IMG/VR virus record: IMGVR_UViG_3300025141_000088
Location: 1-62,153 of that record
Source of the DNA: a virus
Lineage: Duplodnaviria; Caudoviricetes
Length of the DNA: 62,153 nt
Reading direction: 5' to 3' (one strand)
Part shown: positions 40,582 through 53,633 of the stretch, in pieces
Numbering within the stretch: position 1 is the first letter of the stretch
Layout: each line of letters starts with the position of its first letter
Translations under genes and position numbers: made by a program
Notes under the pieces: model-generated
What the model saw: the letters and a program-made list of their open reading frames with translations, nothing else
What the model was told of the DNA's origin: nothing
The model's database searches: none

Positions 40582-41487
40582 CGGCATGGCAACACACAAC
40601 GACAGCAGATCCTTCAAGAAAGTCTGTGACAAATTCAACTTAAGATATAAATTAAACGAAGCAGGTGAGCCAATCTCGCCAACTCGCAAGAGGGTATTCC
40701 CGCTGGACCATCTCTACGACCTGCACGATGGGAGCGTCGGAGTTCACATCTCAAGGGATTCAAAAAAGAAATACACATTCATCAAGAACAAGCTCGTCAA
40801 GTTAGGATGCAAGCTTCTTCAGGGTGGAGACTTAGAGGGAAACTTTTCTGTAGCAAAAACCAATCTGCTTGAGGTTGCTAAAGAATTATCATGTGTTAAG
40901 AAAAACCGCACTTTCTCTGCTGAAGAGAGGGCTGCAATAAGAGAAAGACTAATAGGATGAACCGAGAAAATATGACTCCAAGTGAGCTTTTTAAAGACAA
41001 TTTTATTACAATTGATGGCTTCATGTCCTTTTTTAAATATAAGACAGTACATGAGCTTGCAATCGAATCTGGGCTTGAGAGTAAGCATGTGTCCAAAGTT
41101 ATTAAAAAGATGCTAAAAGATGGTGACGCAATCAAGCGCGGCCGCGCATACAAATACCCGAACGGAAGATAACGTGAGAAGAGTTAAGAACGGAACAAAA
41201 ATAAAAGTCCCCACCGCATTGGGCATAGATTTCGGAACAGTTCTTTTTCACGAGCCATCGCTACACTCTAAGGACGTATATCTTATAAGGTGGTTTGATG
41301 GCACTCAGACATTGTTTGAAATAAAGAAAGAAAACGTGGTAAAAGATGGCCAAACGCCCAAGAAGAAAACTAATTAGAATAGTAATGGATGCTGTAATTG
41401 CAGCTGGACTAATACTGATACTGAGAGGGGAGGAGAAAGCCCAAGTACTTAAAAACAAAGCGAAATCAATTTTCACGTAAAAGATAC

Positions 41488-41516
41488 TTGACTTGATCCC
41501 AACTATGGTGTATAAT
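41488..41516 (+). promoter_or_regulatory. sigma70 promoter
   Basis: TTGACT-17-TATAAT. Confidence 0.8.
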
Positions 41517-41552
41517 GGATAGGGATCACAAAAACAACGGAGAATTACCAAA

Positions 41553-42656
41553 ATGGCCATCGACTTCAAAACATTCAGCTCTACCGCACCTCTCGTTCTA
41601 GAATCTAAATACCCTGTCCTCCTACGTGGACGCCACGGCATCGGTAAATCTCAAGTGGTTTATCAAGTAGCCACCACAATGCGCCTTCCTGTTGTCGAGC
41701 GCCGCGCCTCTCAAATGACCGAAGGTGATCTTTTGGGTATTCCGTCACCGGATGGTATAAGTATAAACGGAGAACAAGCCTCTAAGTTCCGACCCTTCGA
41801 GTGGCTAGTTCAGGCTTGCACCGAACCAGTAATATTATTCTTTGATGAGGTTGATCGCGCAACAGTAGAAGTTCGACAGGGCATCTTTGAATTGACCGAC
41901 TCACGCAAACTCGCCGGCTGGCACTTGCATGAAGATACGGTCATCTGTGCTGCTATTAACGGAGGGGAACACGGATCCCAATATCAGGTAGGTGAGATGG
42001 ATCCAGCAGAATTAGATCGCTGGACAACATTTGATGTTGAGCCAACGGTTGAGGATTGGTTAGACTGGGCAAAGGACGGTATCGACGAGTTAATCTGGGA
42101 TTTCATTAACCAAAACAGAAAACACCTTGAACATCTGGATGACTTCGATCCCGGCAAAGTATATCCTTCACGCCGATCATGGGATCGATTAAACCAAACT
42201 ATGGCACAGGCAGGACTCTTTAAGGAGCCGCGCACACCAGCAGTTTTTAGCCTAGCTTCAGTCTTTGTTGGCTTTGAAGCTGCTGTCGCTCTTTGTGATT
42301 TTATTAAAAACTATGCAAAGATCGTAACCGTTGAGGACATACTCTCTGATGGTAAAATTGAGCTGACTGAAGAGTTCGGTATTAACGACCACTCAGCATT
42401 GGTTGAGAAGATGTCCACACACAAGGTTTTCAACGGCGTGATGAAGAAGAAGGAACTCAAGAATCTTGCGTCCTACTTTAAGACATTACCATCTGAGGTT
42501 GCTATGAAGCTTTGGTATTCTCTCACTGTTAACGGTGGCGATAGCGCAAACGTTTTAAACTTGCACCCCCTCATCCGCGAGGATTTAGTTACTATGCTCA
42601 CATCTCTTGATGATGAAGATGACTTGAAACAAGAGCAGGAAACAGAGAAAGAGTAG
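41553..42656 (+). CDS. MoxR/dynein-related AAA+ ATPase
   Basis: GRHGIGKS Walker A, ILFFDEVDRA Walker B, MDPAELDRW, PSRRSW. Confidence 0.88.
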   Translation: MAIDFKTFSSTAPLVLESKYPVLLRGRHGIGKSQVVYQVATTMRLPVVERRASQMTEGDLLGIPSPDGISINGEQASKFRPFEWLVQACTEPVILFFDEVDRATVEVRQGIFELTDSRKLAGWHLHEDTVICAAINGGEHGSQYQVGEMDPAELDRWTTFDVEPTVEDWLDWAKDGIDELIWDFINQNRKHLEHLDDFDPGKVYPSRRSWDRLNQTMAQAGLFKEPRTPAVFSLASVFVGFEAAVALCDFIKNYAKIVTVEDILSDGKIELTEEFGINDHSALVEKMSTHKVFNGVMKKKELKNLASYFKTLPSEVAMKLWYSLTVNGGDSANVLNLHPLIREDLVTMLTSLDDEDDLKQEQETEKE

Positions 42657-42664
42657 GCTAAGTA

Positions 42665-43846
42665 ATGTCGAAAAAGAAATTTGATCTCAATAGGCATACC
42701 GCACGTCTGCTGATGAATGAGCCATTCTTTGCATCTCTTAGTCGGTGTGTGGATAAGGTGCAAACAACTGCAATCCCCACCGCAGCTATGAAGCTCGATG
42801 ATGATGGCTTCTTCACACTCTTGTATAATCCAGACTACTTCGCGAAGCTAACCGATGAAGAAATGGCCGATGTGCTTAAGCATGAGTTCTATCATGTTAT
42901 ATTTGATCACGTCACAGGTCGACTTCCAGACAAGACTGTTACAATGTTGTGGAATTTTGCAACCGACCTTGCTATCAACAGCCACCTGAAGAATCTTCCT
43001 GAAGGTGCCCTTGTACCTGGCGAAGGGGATTTTGAGGAACTACCGAAGTATCTTTCTGCCGAACAGTATCACGCAGAGTTGAAGAAGAGAAAGAAGAAAG
43101 AGAAATCAAAAAGTAGCAAAGAATCAGTCAAGAAACTATCAAGTGTTGGTGAGTTCGACGACCACAGTGGCTGGGGAGAAAGCAACTCAGGAAACAGAGA
43201 GTTGGCGAAAGAGAGATTAAAAGGAATCTTAAAGGAAGCATCGAAAGATGCCCAACAGGGCGGAGGCTGGGGCTCCGTACCAGAGAACATTAAGAGAGAT
43301 ATACTTTCCAGAGTCGATACCTCTGTAAATTGGAGAACAGTTCTCCGTTATTTCATTAAGACATCTCAGAAGGCTCACAAGTCCTCAACTGTTAAACGCA
43401 TCAACAGGCGTTATCCCTATTTACATCCGGGCCGCAAGACCCACCGTCAGGCTCGTGTTGCTATCAGTGTCGACCAAAGCGGCAGTGTTGATGATGGTAT
43501 GTTAACCGCTTTCTTTGCTGAACTTGCAAAGCTTTCCGAGATAGCAACGTTCACGGTTATCCCCTTTGATACAGAGGTGAGCGAAAAGGACGTGTTCGTC
43601 TGGCGCAAAGGGCAGCACGTCCAGCCTAAGAGGTTTTTAACAGGAGGGACGTGTTTTGATGCCCCAACTGCATATGTGAATGACCGTGATTTCGACGGGC
43701 ATATTGTTCTTACTGATATGTATGCCCCAAAGCCACGATCAAGTAAGTGTCAGAGAATGTGGATGACTACGCCATCCTGTGCAAAGAGCCCATACTTTGA
43801 GACAAAAGAAAGGGTTGTGGCCATCAATTATGATTCAGGGTATTAA
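42665..43846 (+). CDS. metallopeptidase + vWA domain protein (DUF2201-like)
   Basis: LKHEFYH, WNFATDLAIN, VDQSGSV MIDAS, GGT.F, LTDMY. Confidence 0.85.
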   Translation: MSKKKFDLNRHTARLLMNEPFFASLSRCVDKVQTTAIPTAAMKLDDDGFFTLLYNPDYFAKLTDEEMADVLKHEFYHVIFDHVTGRLPDKTVTMLWNFATDLAINSHLKNLPEGALVPGEGDFEELPKYLSAEQYHAELKKRKKKEKSKSSKESVKKLSSVGEFDDHSGWGESNSGNRELAKERLKGILKEASKDAQQGGGWGSVPENIKRDILSRVDTSVNWRTVLRYFIKTSQKAHKSSTVKRINRRYPYLHPGRKTHRQARVAISVDQSGSVDDGMLTAFFAELAKLSEIATFTVIPFDTEVSEKDVFVWRKGQHVQPKRFLTGGTCFDAPTAYVNDRDFDGHIVLTDMYAPKPRSSKCQRMWMTTPSCAKSPYFETKERVVAINYDSGY

Positions 43847-44139
43847 AAGTTTTACATTAGGATTTCTGGTTGCAGGAGTCCTTTTTTGTTTTACGCCAGT
43901 GGTTGCAAATGTCTTTGAAGTTGAGAAGAAGATAGGCCAATTTATAGGTTCTTTTAAGTGCCGCACAGTTTATGTGCAAGACGTTGATCTCTTTGGAGGC
44001 AGAGTTCTGGTAACGGCTCAAGAACTAGGCATCAGCTTTGTGATGATTGCCAAGGATAGCTCCACCTACGACATCTGTCCTGTGGGTGTAGGTGTGACAA
44101 CCTTTCAAACACTAGACAAAAAGAAGTGATCCCTAATTC

Positions 44140-44325
44140 CCCTTTAAAAACAGCTACTTACCTAAGTGCTTGATTTTAAAGGGTTTTTAATTTGCCCTGC
44201 GTGATGCCGATGGATCTCCTGTCCATTTTGAGATCCACGCAAGTGCCCGTAAGCCAGTGTAAGTCCAGCAACTACATGTAAGTGCCCGAATGTCGTTTTA
44301 TCCCTAAGTAGCTGTTTCTAAAGGG
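44140..44325. repeat. non-coding repeat/dyad module copy A (includes IHF-consensus site)
   Basis: 21-bp inverted repeat 44140-44160/44305-44325 (1 mismatch); TAAGTGCTTGATT at 44163; three ~19-20-nt YAAGT-core repeats. Confidence 0.7.
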
Positions 44326-44345
44326 AAAGAAAGTGAAAATAATCC

Positions 44346-44373
44346 TTGCTATTTCTGTCAATGTTGGTATAAT
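44346..44373 (+). promoter_or_regulatory. sigma70 promoter heading early small-gene array
   Basis: TTGCTA-16-TATAAT with TG. Confidence 0.7.
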
Positions 44374-44425
44374 AAGGACATATTTTGAAGCAGAGAAAAA
44401 CGAAACTTTTAAAGGAGTAAATAAT

Positions 44426-47400
44426 ATGCCAAACATTCACAAGCCATTCATCTATACTCGCAAAGACTATATGAACAACACGATAGATCATAAAACATTC
44501 TACAGTCAATTGGTTCGCCCATCATTGGTTCAGTTCATTAAAGATACTTTTGGTATGAAATTGTTAATGAGCAAGAAAAATGACGGACACTTCAATCACA
44601 TTCCGCTTAAAAAATGGGATATGATTAATGGTAACATTCACATGCCCAAGAAAGCTGATTGGGATATGGTTGAAGACTACCCCACAATGGCAGGTTTAGT
44701 CTGTGTATTGAAAGCAGCCGCACGAATGGCTGTAGAACAGGAGCAACAATAATGGATTGGGATAAGCAATACAAAATGTTAGACAAGCAAAATGAATGCC
44801 CCTCATGCGGGGAGCAAAAGAAAACTGTTATCACAGGCACTGATCATAGTGCTTGCCCTAAATCATTGCCTGTAACAATGACAACTAGAGGCTGTAAAAC
44901 CGAAGACTGTAAAGACTTCATCGAAGGGGAGGTATGGTAATGAAATTTAAACCGAATGCGACAGCAACAAAGAGAACCAAGAACCGATTCAGTGAACACA
45001 CAATCATCCGCATTGCCGATGAAGGTGGGCTGATGTCAGAACACTTTGATAGAGAATTCGCTGAAAATGTTAGTGGATTTGTTGGTAGAACCTGCAGAGC
45101 TTTCTGTAGTATTGAGCGAAATAGCAAAGATCCACAATGGCCGCGATGGTTCGGCTGGATTCCAGTTGATGAAATTGAAGAAGTAGAAGGGGAAGATTAA
45201 TGCCAGCAACAAAAGAAGAATTAAAAGTATACAACCGTTATGAGGTTGTAACCGTGAGCCCCCACTTCGGCCAATCGACTGTGGGGATATATCAGACACT
45301 TAAAGAAGCACAAGATTATAGAGATCTCCTTTTTAGATCTCAGGACTTACCATTATTTATTTACGATACAATTAAACAAGAAAGAGTGAAGCTATGAACC
45401 CAACAACAGAGAACACAAAGACAGGCACCTTTTCAACATGGACGACCACCGATCTGGATGGCACCTACAAAGAAGTGGGCCTGTACCGTACCAACAGCGG
45501 CCAAGTGGAGCGTAAAATGTTTGATACCGTTCGAGCAGCACTAGATTATGGTTTTGCTAATGGTTATCACCATCGCAGTCACATCCGTTACAGCGATTTC
45601 CTAGCGGGAAAAGGAGAATAAAATGACTGAACAACAAGAATTAGAAGCAGTGTGTAAATATCTCAAAGTAACTGAAGAAGAATTCTTCAAGATTATGGAA
45701 GTAGCCTACAAAAAGGTTATCAAAAAGCGAGTAGCCAAAGACAGCCCACCACCGATTGGAAACCTATAACATGGATATTCAGAAATACCATCAAGTGATT
45801 AGAGACTTAGCCCGTTTTGAATTCGGCAGTGGATATTACACGCGCCCGTCTAACCCTTCGCAGGAAGTTCAGGTTGAGAACCTGCAGCTTAGGATAGCTG
45901 AACACTATCCTGATTTGGAGTCTGCTCAACTGGCGCTTAAAGAAGTACAGAAAAACAAAGAAAGGATGCTATAATGTTCAAAGTAGATATTAAGTATTGC
46001 CCTTGGGCATCTCTTACACCATCTTGGGAAGTGCTGAAAGAGGATATTGCCTCTGAAGAAGAAGCAAGGGCGTTTGCCAATGAAGTAGCATCTGAACATT
46101 CACAATGCACCGTTCGCATCACAGATGATGATGATGCTTATTATGAAACCACTATTGAGTCATAGGAGACAACAATGATTATCAGCCCATCCATTAAATC
46201 CATCCGTATTGACAACCATCTTAAAAACACCTTTGGTGTTGACCGCGAAGAGGCAATCCTTGATGAAGTGTGCGTACCTGCACCCATTGGTTGCGGCCAA
46301 CCTGTTGTCAAGTTTCGCACCGAGGCAGACGCGAAGGAATTTACAATCTCAGGACTTTGCCAGTCCTGCCAAGACGAACTTTTTGAAGATACCAAGATTG
46401 AAAAATGGTGCTTTGACGCAGATGTAGGAGAGTAGCATGGAAGATAGATTGAACACAATTTTAAATATTTTTGAACGAGCATTGGTAGAGAACTTCAAAG
46501 GAGAGAAGTCAGACTACTCTCTAAAGAATGATTACATTGATATGAAGTACGAATTCTTGAAATTGCTTCTTGAGGCAACCCACAAGGAACCAACCAACTT
46601 TAGCTTTGACTTGTTTCAAGAAAAGGTCAAATCAACCAGCCCCCTTATGCAAGACAATTTCAAGAGATTTGAAAACACCGAAGCATTTTCCCTTACCAGA
46701 ACCATCAACGATTAGGAGTTACCATGGCAAGAGCAGAAGAAACAATTAGAGTATCCACTGAAACAGAAAAGTGTTTTGTGACAATCAAAGAATTCAAAAC
46801 TCGATTGCACAGAGGCGAGTTCCCTAACATCTTACAACGCTTGCAGTCTCGCCACGGCCGGCTCAACACAAAAGCTCTTCGTGCCGCAATCGCATACGGG
46901 CGAAAGTCTTACAAGTTGAGAAGCGGCAAACTGCGAACCAGGTCATGTGATCCGTATGGTGCAATATTGAAGCAAAAGAACGCTTCAAAGCATTGGGAAA
47001 TTGACCTGATCTCTGCAGCAAAAGAAGACAAGAGGTTGAGGATGGCTAGAAAAGTAACGGAAACATTGAGGAGCAACCCACTGGTTCAGGAACTAAGAAG
47101 AATCGAGGAAGCTCAAGAGAGGCAGCTTACAGAGCTTAGAGGTAGAATTGAAGCTATTATTGAAGAACAGCGCAGCGCACTCATGAACGAAGTACAGTAA
47201 AAGGAGTTACCATGATTGAAATCAACAACCTTACCACTAAAGTATTAATGGCATCACGCCCACACTGCCCTGACGTAAGCCTGTTAGCTTTCCTGTCCGA
47301 GCTAGGGCGCTTGGACGATAATCAGCGCGAGCAAGTCTTGGAGACTGCTCGTATTGCTTATGAAGATTATGACAAGCGAAACAACTTTGAATGGGACCAC

Positions 47401-48936
47401 GGATGTTACAGGGACTAGAACTGCTTTCAAAGGTTTTTGATGGCAAGTCTTATAAGCGTGTTAACATGAAACCTCTCCTAAAGTTCTGGCTTGTTCTGCC
47501 GGAGAGGTGGTCGCGATATAGAGGCAAAAAATCACCACACAAGAAGGTGAGAAAGTTAAAGCAATGAATTTTCTTGACATATGGAGTGAACTAGGTTATA
47601 TTGATGGTATGATATTTTCCCTTTGGGTAGGGATCATGTACTATGGTAAGTGCCGAATCGACCACAAATTTAAGTGCAAGGAGAATAAAAATGAAGTATG
47701 ATAATTTTAATTCCATTGTGGATAAAATGATGCTCTACGAAGGTGGAGATATGAACGAAGAAGAGACAGTAGAATTCTTTCAGGAACTACTTGACCGCAG
47801 ACTTATCAACAGTCTTCAGGGCCACTACCAACGAACTGCAGAACTCTTGCTGGAGCTTGGTCACATCGATTTGCGAAAGGGACAATAATGAGAGCAGCAG
47901 ACTTTTTAAACCAAGACATGGTGAATGACATCATGTCAAACATGCACCCTGACAGCAACTCAATTGAGTGTGTCATGTTGCAACAAGTAAACGGTGTCAA
48001 CTCGTTCAAGACGGGCGACAGAGAAATTAACCCCTTTATTCTTGCTGAGATTACAAATGGTAACAGTTTTTCTCAGTACCCCAAGGGTTCTATCGTGCTT
48101 GTTCCAAGGAACAACTGTCACTTCTTGCCTAGCAAAGTTGGGCAAACAACTGTATGGTTCCGCTTCTTCATTGCAGAGAAGCATGTCAAAGGCATCGCCC
48201 ACAACAACGGCAAGTGGAACATCTCAGAAGCCAACAGGTGGGGCTCTTAATGACGTTCTTGGAGTGGGAGATATACTATCGCTACGAACTAGAGCAAGCC
48301 AACAAAGCGACTGAGGAATTTCTGTCTGCTGCCGTTGGTATTCTCAACCAAGAACACATTGATGCCATCAAGATGCTTCTCGATGTATCCAAGCATGTTG
48401 TGGAGAATGGCTCACTGGATGAGGATACAAACAAGTGGAAGGTCGAATAATGATTGTTCCCGGCGACTTAGTGAAGCACGCAGATTGGGAATTCAACCCT
48501 GTTAACTGCAAGCGAGAAGGAATAGGGTTTGTTGCAAGTTACGACAAGCAAAAGTGGTACGACTCTGGAAAGAATCACCACCAGTGGGTCATTGTCCATT
48601 GGATACCATTCGCCCCAAGCACCTCTAATGCGGTATACCATGTCGATTCGCTGGTGAGAGTGTCTCATGGAGATTAAGGTTGGCGACTTAGTGAGGTACG
48701 ACCCGAAGGTGTTTAGAGATCCGACCTTAACTCAGACACACCAAATGCCCTTCGGCTGGCTCAGGGACGACTATGAAGGTTGCGAACCTGAATGGCTCGG
48801 TATCATTTCCAAGGTCGATAAAAAGATGTGGGGCACCCATGGCGGCATGGGATATGAGGTTTTATGGAGTCACGGTTATGTGGAGAAGGTTTATGCCTTT
48901 GAACTAGAGAGAGTAGAGGTAGAGAAGGATGATTAA
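44426..48936 (+). other. array of ~20 small hypothetical (early-type) genes
   Basis: Tightly coupled short ORFs with AGGAG RBS; internal promoter TTGACA-17-TATATT at 47574-47602. Confidence 0.7.
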
Positions 48937-49705
48937 AAAAGAATTTAAAAACGGAGTTGTTTATCTTGGAGATTGTCAGGAGGTAATGGAAACACTAGAC
49001 AGAAACTCAGTCGAGGTGTGTGTTACATCACCACCTTATAATCTTAACAAGAGATACTCTAACTATGAGAACTCAAAGACTAGCAAGTCTATGACGGAAA
49101 AGTACGACAAGTGGTATGCTGATGACATGCCCGAATGGGAATACCAAGGTTGGCAGCAATCAGTCATTCACTCTCTGATGAGAGTCTGTGCAAGTAGCAT
49201 CTTCTATAACCACAAGGTTCGCTTCGCTTGGCACAACCGCAACATCTTTCGTTCTGAGAGCAACCTGCATCATCCGATGCAATGGCTGGCCAAGTTCCCC
49301 ATCTGGTGTGAAATTATATGGGACAGGTGCGGCATTGGCAACCCTTCAAGGCGTTACCATATTCAAGAGGAGCGAGTCTACCAGATTCAGAAGCCTCGCA
49401 AGTGGAGCAATGACTTGGGGCTCACAAACATATGGAAGATACCACCATCAAGAAACGATGGGCACGTCTGCACTTTCCCTGAGAAGCTGGTTGAGAACTG
49501 CATCTTACCCACCACAGAAGAGGGTGACACGATTATCGATCCTTTCTTGGGCGCCGGCACCACTGCAGTCGTAGCCATCAAACACAACCGACGCTTCATC
49601 GGTATCGAAAAGGATGAAGAGTATTTCAAGCTGGCCTGTGAGAACATTGCGAAGGCAGAAGAAAATAACACGCAAAAAGTGCTTGACATATCTTCAAGGG
49701 TGTGA
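48929..49705 (+). CDS. beta-class DNA methyltransferase (likely N4-cytosine)
   Basis: GDC, VTSPPYN, H..TFPEKLV, IIDPFLGAGTT, FIGIE. Confidence 0.92.
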   Translation: MIKKEFKNGVVYLGDCQEVMETLDRNSVEVCVTSPPYNLNKRYSNYENSKTSKSMTEKYDKWYADDMPEWEYQGWQQSVIHSLMRVCASSIFYNHKVRFAWHNRNIFRSESNLHHPMQWLAKFPIWCEIIWDRCGIGNPSRRYHIQEERVYQIQKPRKWSNDLGLTNIWKIPPSRNDGHVCTFPEKLVENCILPTTEEGDTIIDPFLGAGTTAVVAIKHNRRFIGIEKDEEYFKLACENIAKAEENNTQKVLDISSRV

Positions 49706-49711
49706 TAAAAT
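49683..49711 (+). promoter_or_regulatory. sigma70 promoter
   Basis: TTGACA-17-TAAAAT with TG. Confidence 0.75.
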
Positions 49712-49828
49712 GTTAACAAGAGAGGGATCATCCTCACTTAAACAACAGAAGAGGTAATACAGTGTTTGAATTCTTAATTTTATTTGGTATTTTTTATATT
49801 TGTCTGTGTCAGACTAAGGAGTATAATC

Positions 49829-52800
49829 GTGACTAAAATTAATCCCTATGATTTACCAACAACAGAAGAGCGAAACATCCGTATCGTCTTGAAGAACATC
49901 AGTTGGGACACCGATCTGCAGGAAAGAGAGATAAGACTCCCCAGCTCAATGAGTATCCCTGTGGACAGCAGTCTACCAGAAGAGGAGATGATTTCCAGGG
50001 CAATCGATGCTGCATCTGACGCTTGGGGTTATTGCATCAATGATTGTGACATCAGCCCTGTTGATTACGGTTCACCGAATCCTCCCACCCCCTTAACATG
50101 CGACACCTCCCTATCAGATACCCTTGATTATGAGGGGGAGATATTCTAATGGCACCTACAGACAAGGAATACATAGAATATCAGTGTCGCTTGTTGTCTT
50201 AGGAGCTAGTTATATGTATGGATATGGATGGCTTTGCAGGAATTTTTTTATATATGATGCTTCTTATTTCGGGATGCATGATGGTGTGGTTCCTGCTCAC
50301 TCACACAACAACACCTCTGTAACTACGGGGAAACATCAATGGGCTTAGCTCCCTATTTCGACAAAGACTTGAAGGGCGAGTGGTTCCTTGTTTATGTTGT
50401 AGATATGCTTGTATGGTTTGCCATCGGATACATAACCGCCGGAGGAACATTGTGAAGAAAAAACCAATACCAGACGTTTCAGACATACTGGAAGCCTTTG
50501 ATAATAAGAACAAGTTCGCTATTAAACACCCAGCTATCGCAAAGGAAAAAGCAATGGAAGATTTAAGAAACAGAGAAGAAGACATAAACGCCATGGCCGC
50601 CAGAGATTTTAATACCATCACTCTTGGAGATTATATTAGTGCAGCGCACGTTTACAATCGAGAGATAATGGGCGGAACCATCGATGCAGAACAGCGTTCT
50701 GCTTACTTTACCCTCTTCGCCTTTGAAGAACGGGCAAAGAGAATCTGTGAACACTTTAGCTATATTCAATAGAGGTTGAGAATTATGAGCGGTTCTAGTA
50801 GTGTTGTCCTTACCATTGGGGAGTTAACCTATATTTATGAGACTCTACATGAGAGGAGAACATCTGGCGTGGATTCCAAAAAAGAGAAGAAATTGTGCAA
50901 GAGCGTCATGAAGACTATCGAAGAAGAGATGTTCAAAGTAGAAGAAGAGGGGGGTGATAAAGATGAGTGAGGATAATCCGGACTTCTTGTATGAGGTTGG
51001 CGATTTGGTGGAATTGGCTCGCTTTGGGTTCTCCCCTCAACATGCAAAAGACAGAGTATATGGACTTGTAATCGGAGTGATAGGCCCCGTCGATTATTTT
51101 GTTCCTCGTTATAGAATTCGCATTAACTATAGGCCCGATGGTGATGAGGCACACTTAGACGATTTCGTTGTATCGCGAAACGAGAAGGTAATAACGGTCA
51201 TGGAATATGACATCGTAGAACGCACCCAAAACGGCGGGAGAGAATAGAAGGACCTCAGAGGCAAAGGCGAAGCCGCGCAGAAACTTGACGGAATTTTTTT
51301 TATGAAAGAAGAACAAAAGCAGTTTAAAAATGGTGATTTAGTGCTAGTCCAGCCAATGAGGTATTGCTTCACCATCACCGAAGGTGGTATTGAGGTGCTA
51401 AATGAGGAAACTCCGCAAGCCAAGCTCATGCACCATTGGACCGCAGACGGATTCAAAGCTCGCGTCCTAAGCTCAATCACCCTACATGGATCCCAAAACA
51501 CAGAGGAATACCTTGAAGTGAAGCTTTTCGGCAAGGGCCGTAAGCACTTTGTGAACCGCAATGAAGAAAAAACCAAGGTTGTTTGGATCCAAGAGCGCCT
51601 AGTTACTAGATGTAAGGACGGCAAGAAAAAGGAATAAACAACCCAGTGAGCGAAGACATCTTAGGACCAGATCAGTTGAGGGTAGGCGACATTGTTAAGC
51701 TATACAACTACTACTGTGGGTACGATGAGTTCACAAGAATGGCGCCAGAAATTACCGGCATGCTAATTAAAATAGGTAGAGAAACTCAATTCGAGTTCTA
51801 CGAGATAGCAGTAATGAAAGACGAGTGCGGCAATGGCGGATATGTCCAGAGATACTTAACAAGCGATTTCTTTGTAATAAAGATAAGCAGCAAATACGAA
51901 AGAGAGGTCAGTGATGGCTAAGGGAAGAAAGAAAAAAGAAAAGTATAGTACAAAGCAAGATAACGTTCCAAACGATGACGCATTACGAAAGTCGTTGATT
52001 GAAGAGTTTATCGCAAGCAACTCGAAGGACGAAGAGATGTACCAAGAGTTTGAAGCAGTGCCTTATGAAGCAGGACAAATTGTTCGCTCAACTGCAGGTA
52101 GCAAAGGCAAGAAGAAATCTTAAGGAGATTCAAAATGAAAAACAAAAACATTACAATAAAGGTCTTGATGGAGACAATGAGAAAGTTGAATCAAGAGGGT
52201 TATGAAGACATTGGGTTAGCCCACAGAGATCCAAAGACAGGCAAGTTGAAGCCACCAACAAAGAACATATCTTTAGAATTCCCAGACCCAGAAGGTGGCC
52301 ACTTATCACAGAAAGATTTGCTAAAAATTCAACAAACTAATGCCCCCACAAGCGGTACAGCAGACGACCAGCTTGACGCAACTGCTTTCCACAAGGGGAA
52401 CAAGGAAAAGAATAAACCAAAGGGTGAGTTCGCTAAAGACCTACCAGCACATGCAAGCTCACTAATAAGCGCCGATGAAGAGGATGAGGACTTGTCCAAC
52501 GCTTTTCCAATGCCGTCCAGTGCAACGCTAATGAGGGCCAATGAAACAGCAGTCGTCTTGGATGATCCAGACAGCAATCCCTTTTCAACAAACGAACCAA
52601 CGCGAACAATGGCTTACGATCTTGAAGACACTGTTCCAGACGCAGAGTCAGAGACAGAAGAACTTGTTGATAGACTAAGCGATCAAGTGGTCACAACCTT
52701 AGAACTCAACGGACCATTCGACCCATCAAGCGAAAAGGCAAGAGCAGCCATCGAAGATGCAATAATGACTGTACTAAAAGACATGGATAGAGCAGACCCA

Positions 52801-53633
52801 TATGATAGGAGCTAAAGATGTCAAAGTCATGGCTAGATATTGAGAAAGAAGTGGAGCAAGAAATGTTGGAAAGATTCAACAGTGTTCCTATCGAACAAAG
52901 AGCAAAGCTTGGACTCGAAGGCCCAAGCACAAAGGCCCATGATAATAGGCAGTGGGTCCAAGCTTATGTGCGACTATTAGCATGGAAGAATAAGTGTCGT
53001 GAATTGCACGAACTAGCATACCCCATCGCAGCCAACAAGAGTTCTGCGGGGAATAAAAAAATAAAGTTAAAAGAAGTAAAGTAATGCCCTTAAGCAAGAG
53101 TTATATAGCAGAGCTTAATAAAGAGATAGCACACTGGACATACTTGTATGAAAGGGGCTGTATAACTCAGGATACATATTTGGTTGAGAGAGCTACACTT
53201 ATAAGAGATTACTATATGAAGTATTATGATGATGAAATGAATTGCCTACTAGACTATGAGAAGGATACTGAACCTAAAGGTCTAGTTGGTATAGCCCTTA
53301 AACTTGTGAGGAAACTATTTTAGTATAATGGCGGCATCCAAGTTACTATATAAGGTTGGTGATTTAGTGAAGGTTAAAGAGGCAACCTATCACTACATGG
53401 ATATTTCTGAGACTTTCCCCGGCGGCATGGGTCTGGTTGTGGGCAGGACAGATAGTTGGTATGAAGCATATGAGCAAACCAAGCAACAGCCCGATCTTAG
53501 CAAAACCCACTATTGGGATAATGTTAATTATTCCCCCTATAGAGTGTTGATGTGTGGTAGCCATGAAATGGAATGGATAAGCCCCGAACACATGGAACCT
53601 GCATACGACCAGCAAAACAAAGACGATGAATAA
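49829..53633 (+). other. array of small hypothetical genes, several with GDLV barrels; includes acidic 52135-52815
   Basis: ORFs 50963, 51302, 51646 and 53328 begin with (K/E/R)xGD(L/I)V. Confidence 0.65.
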
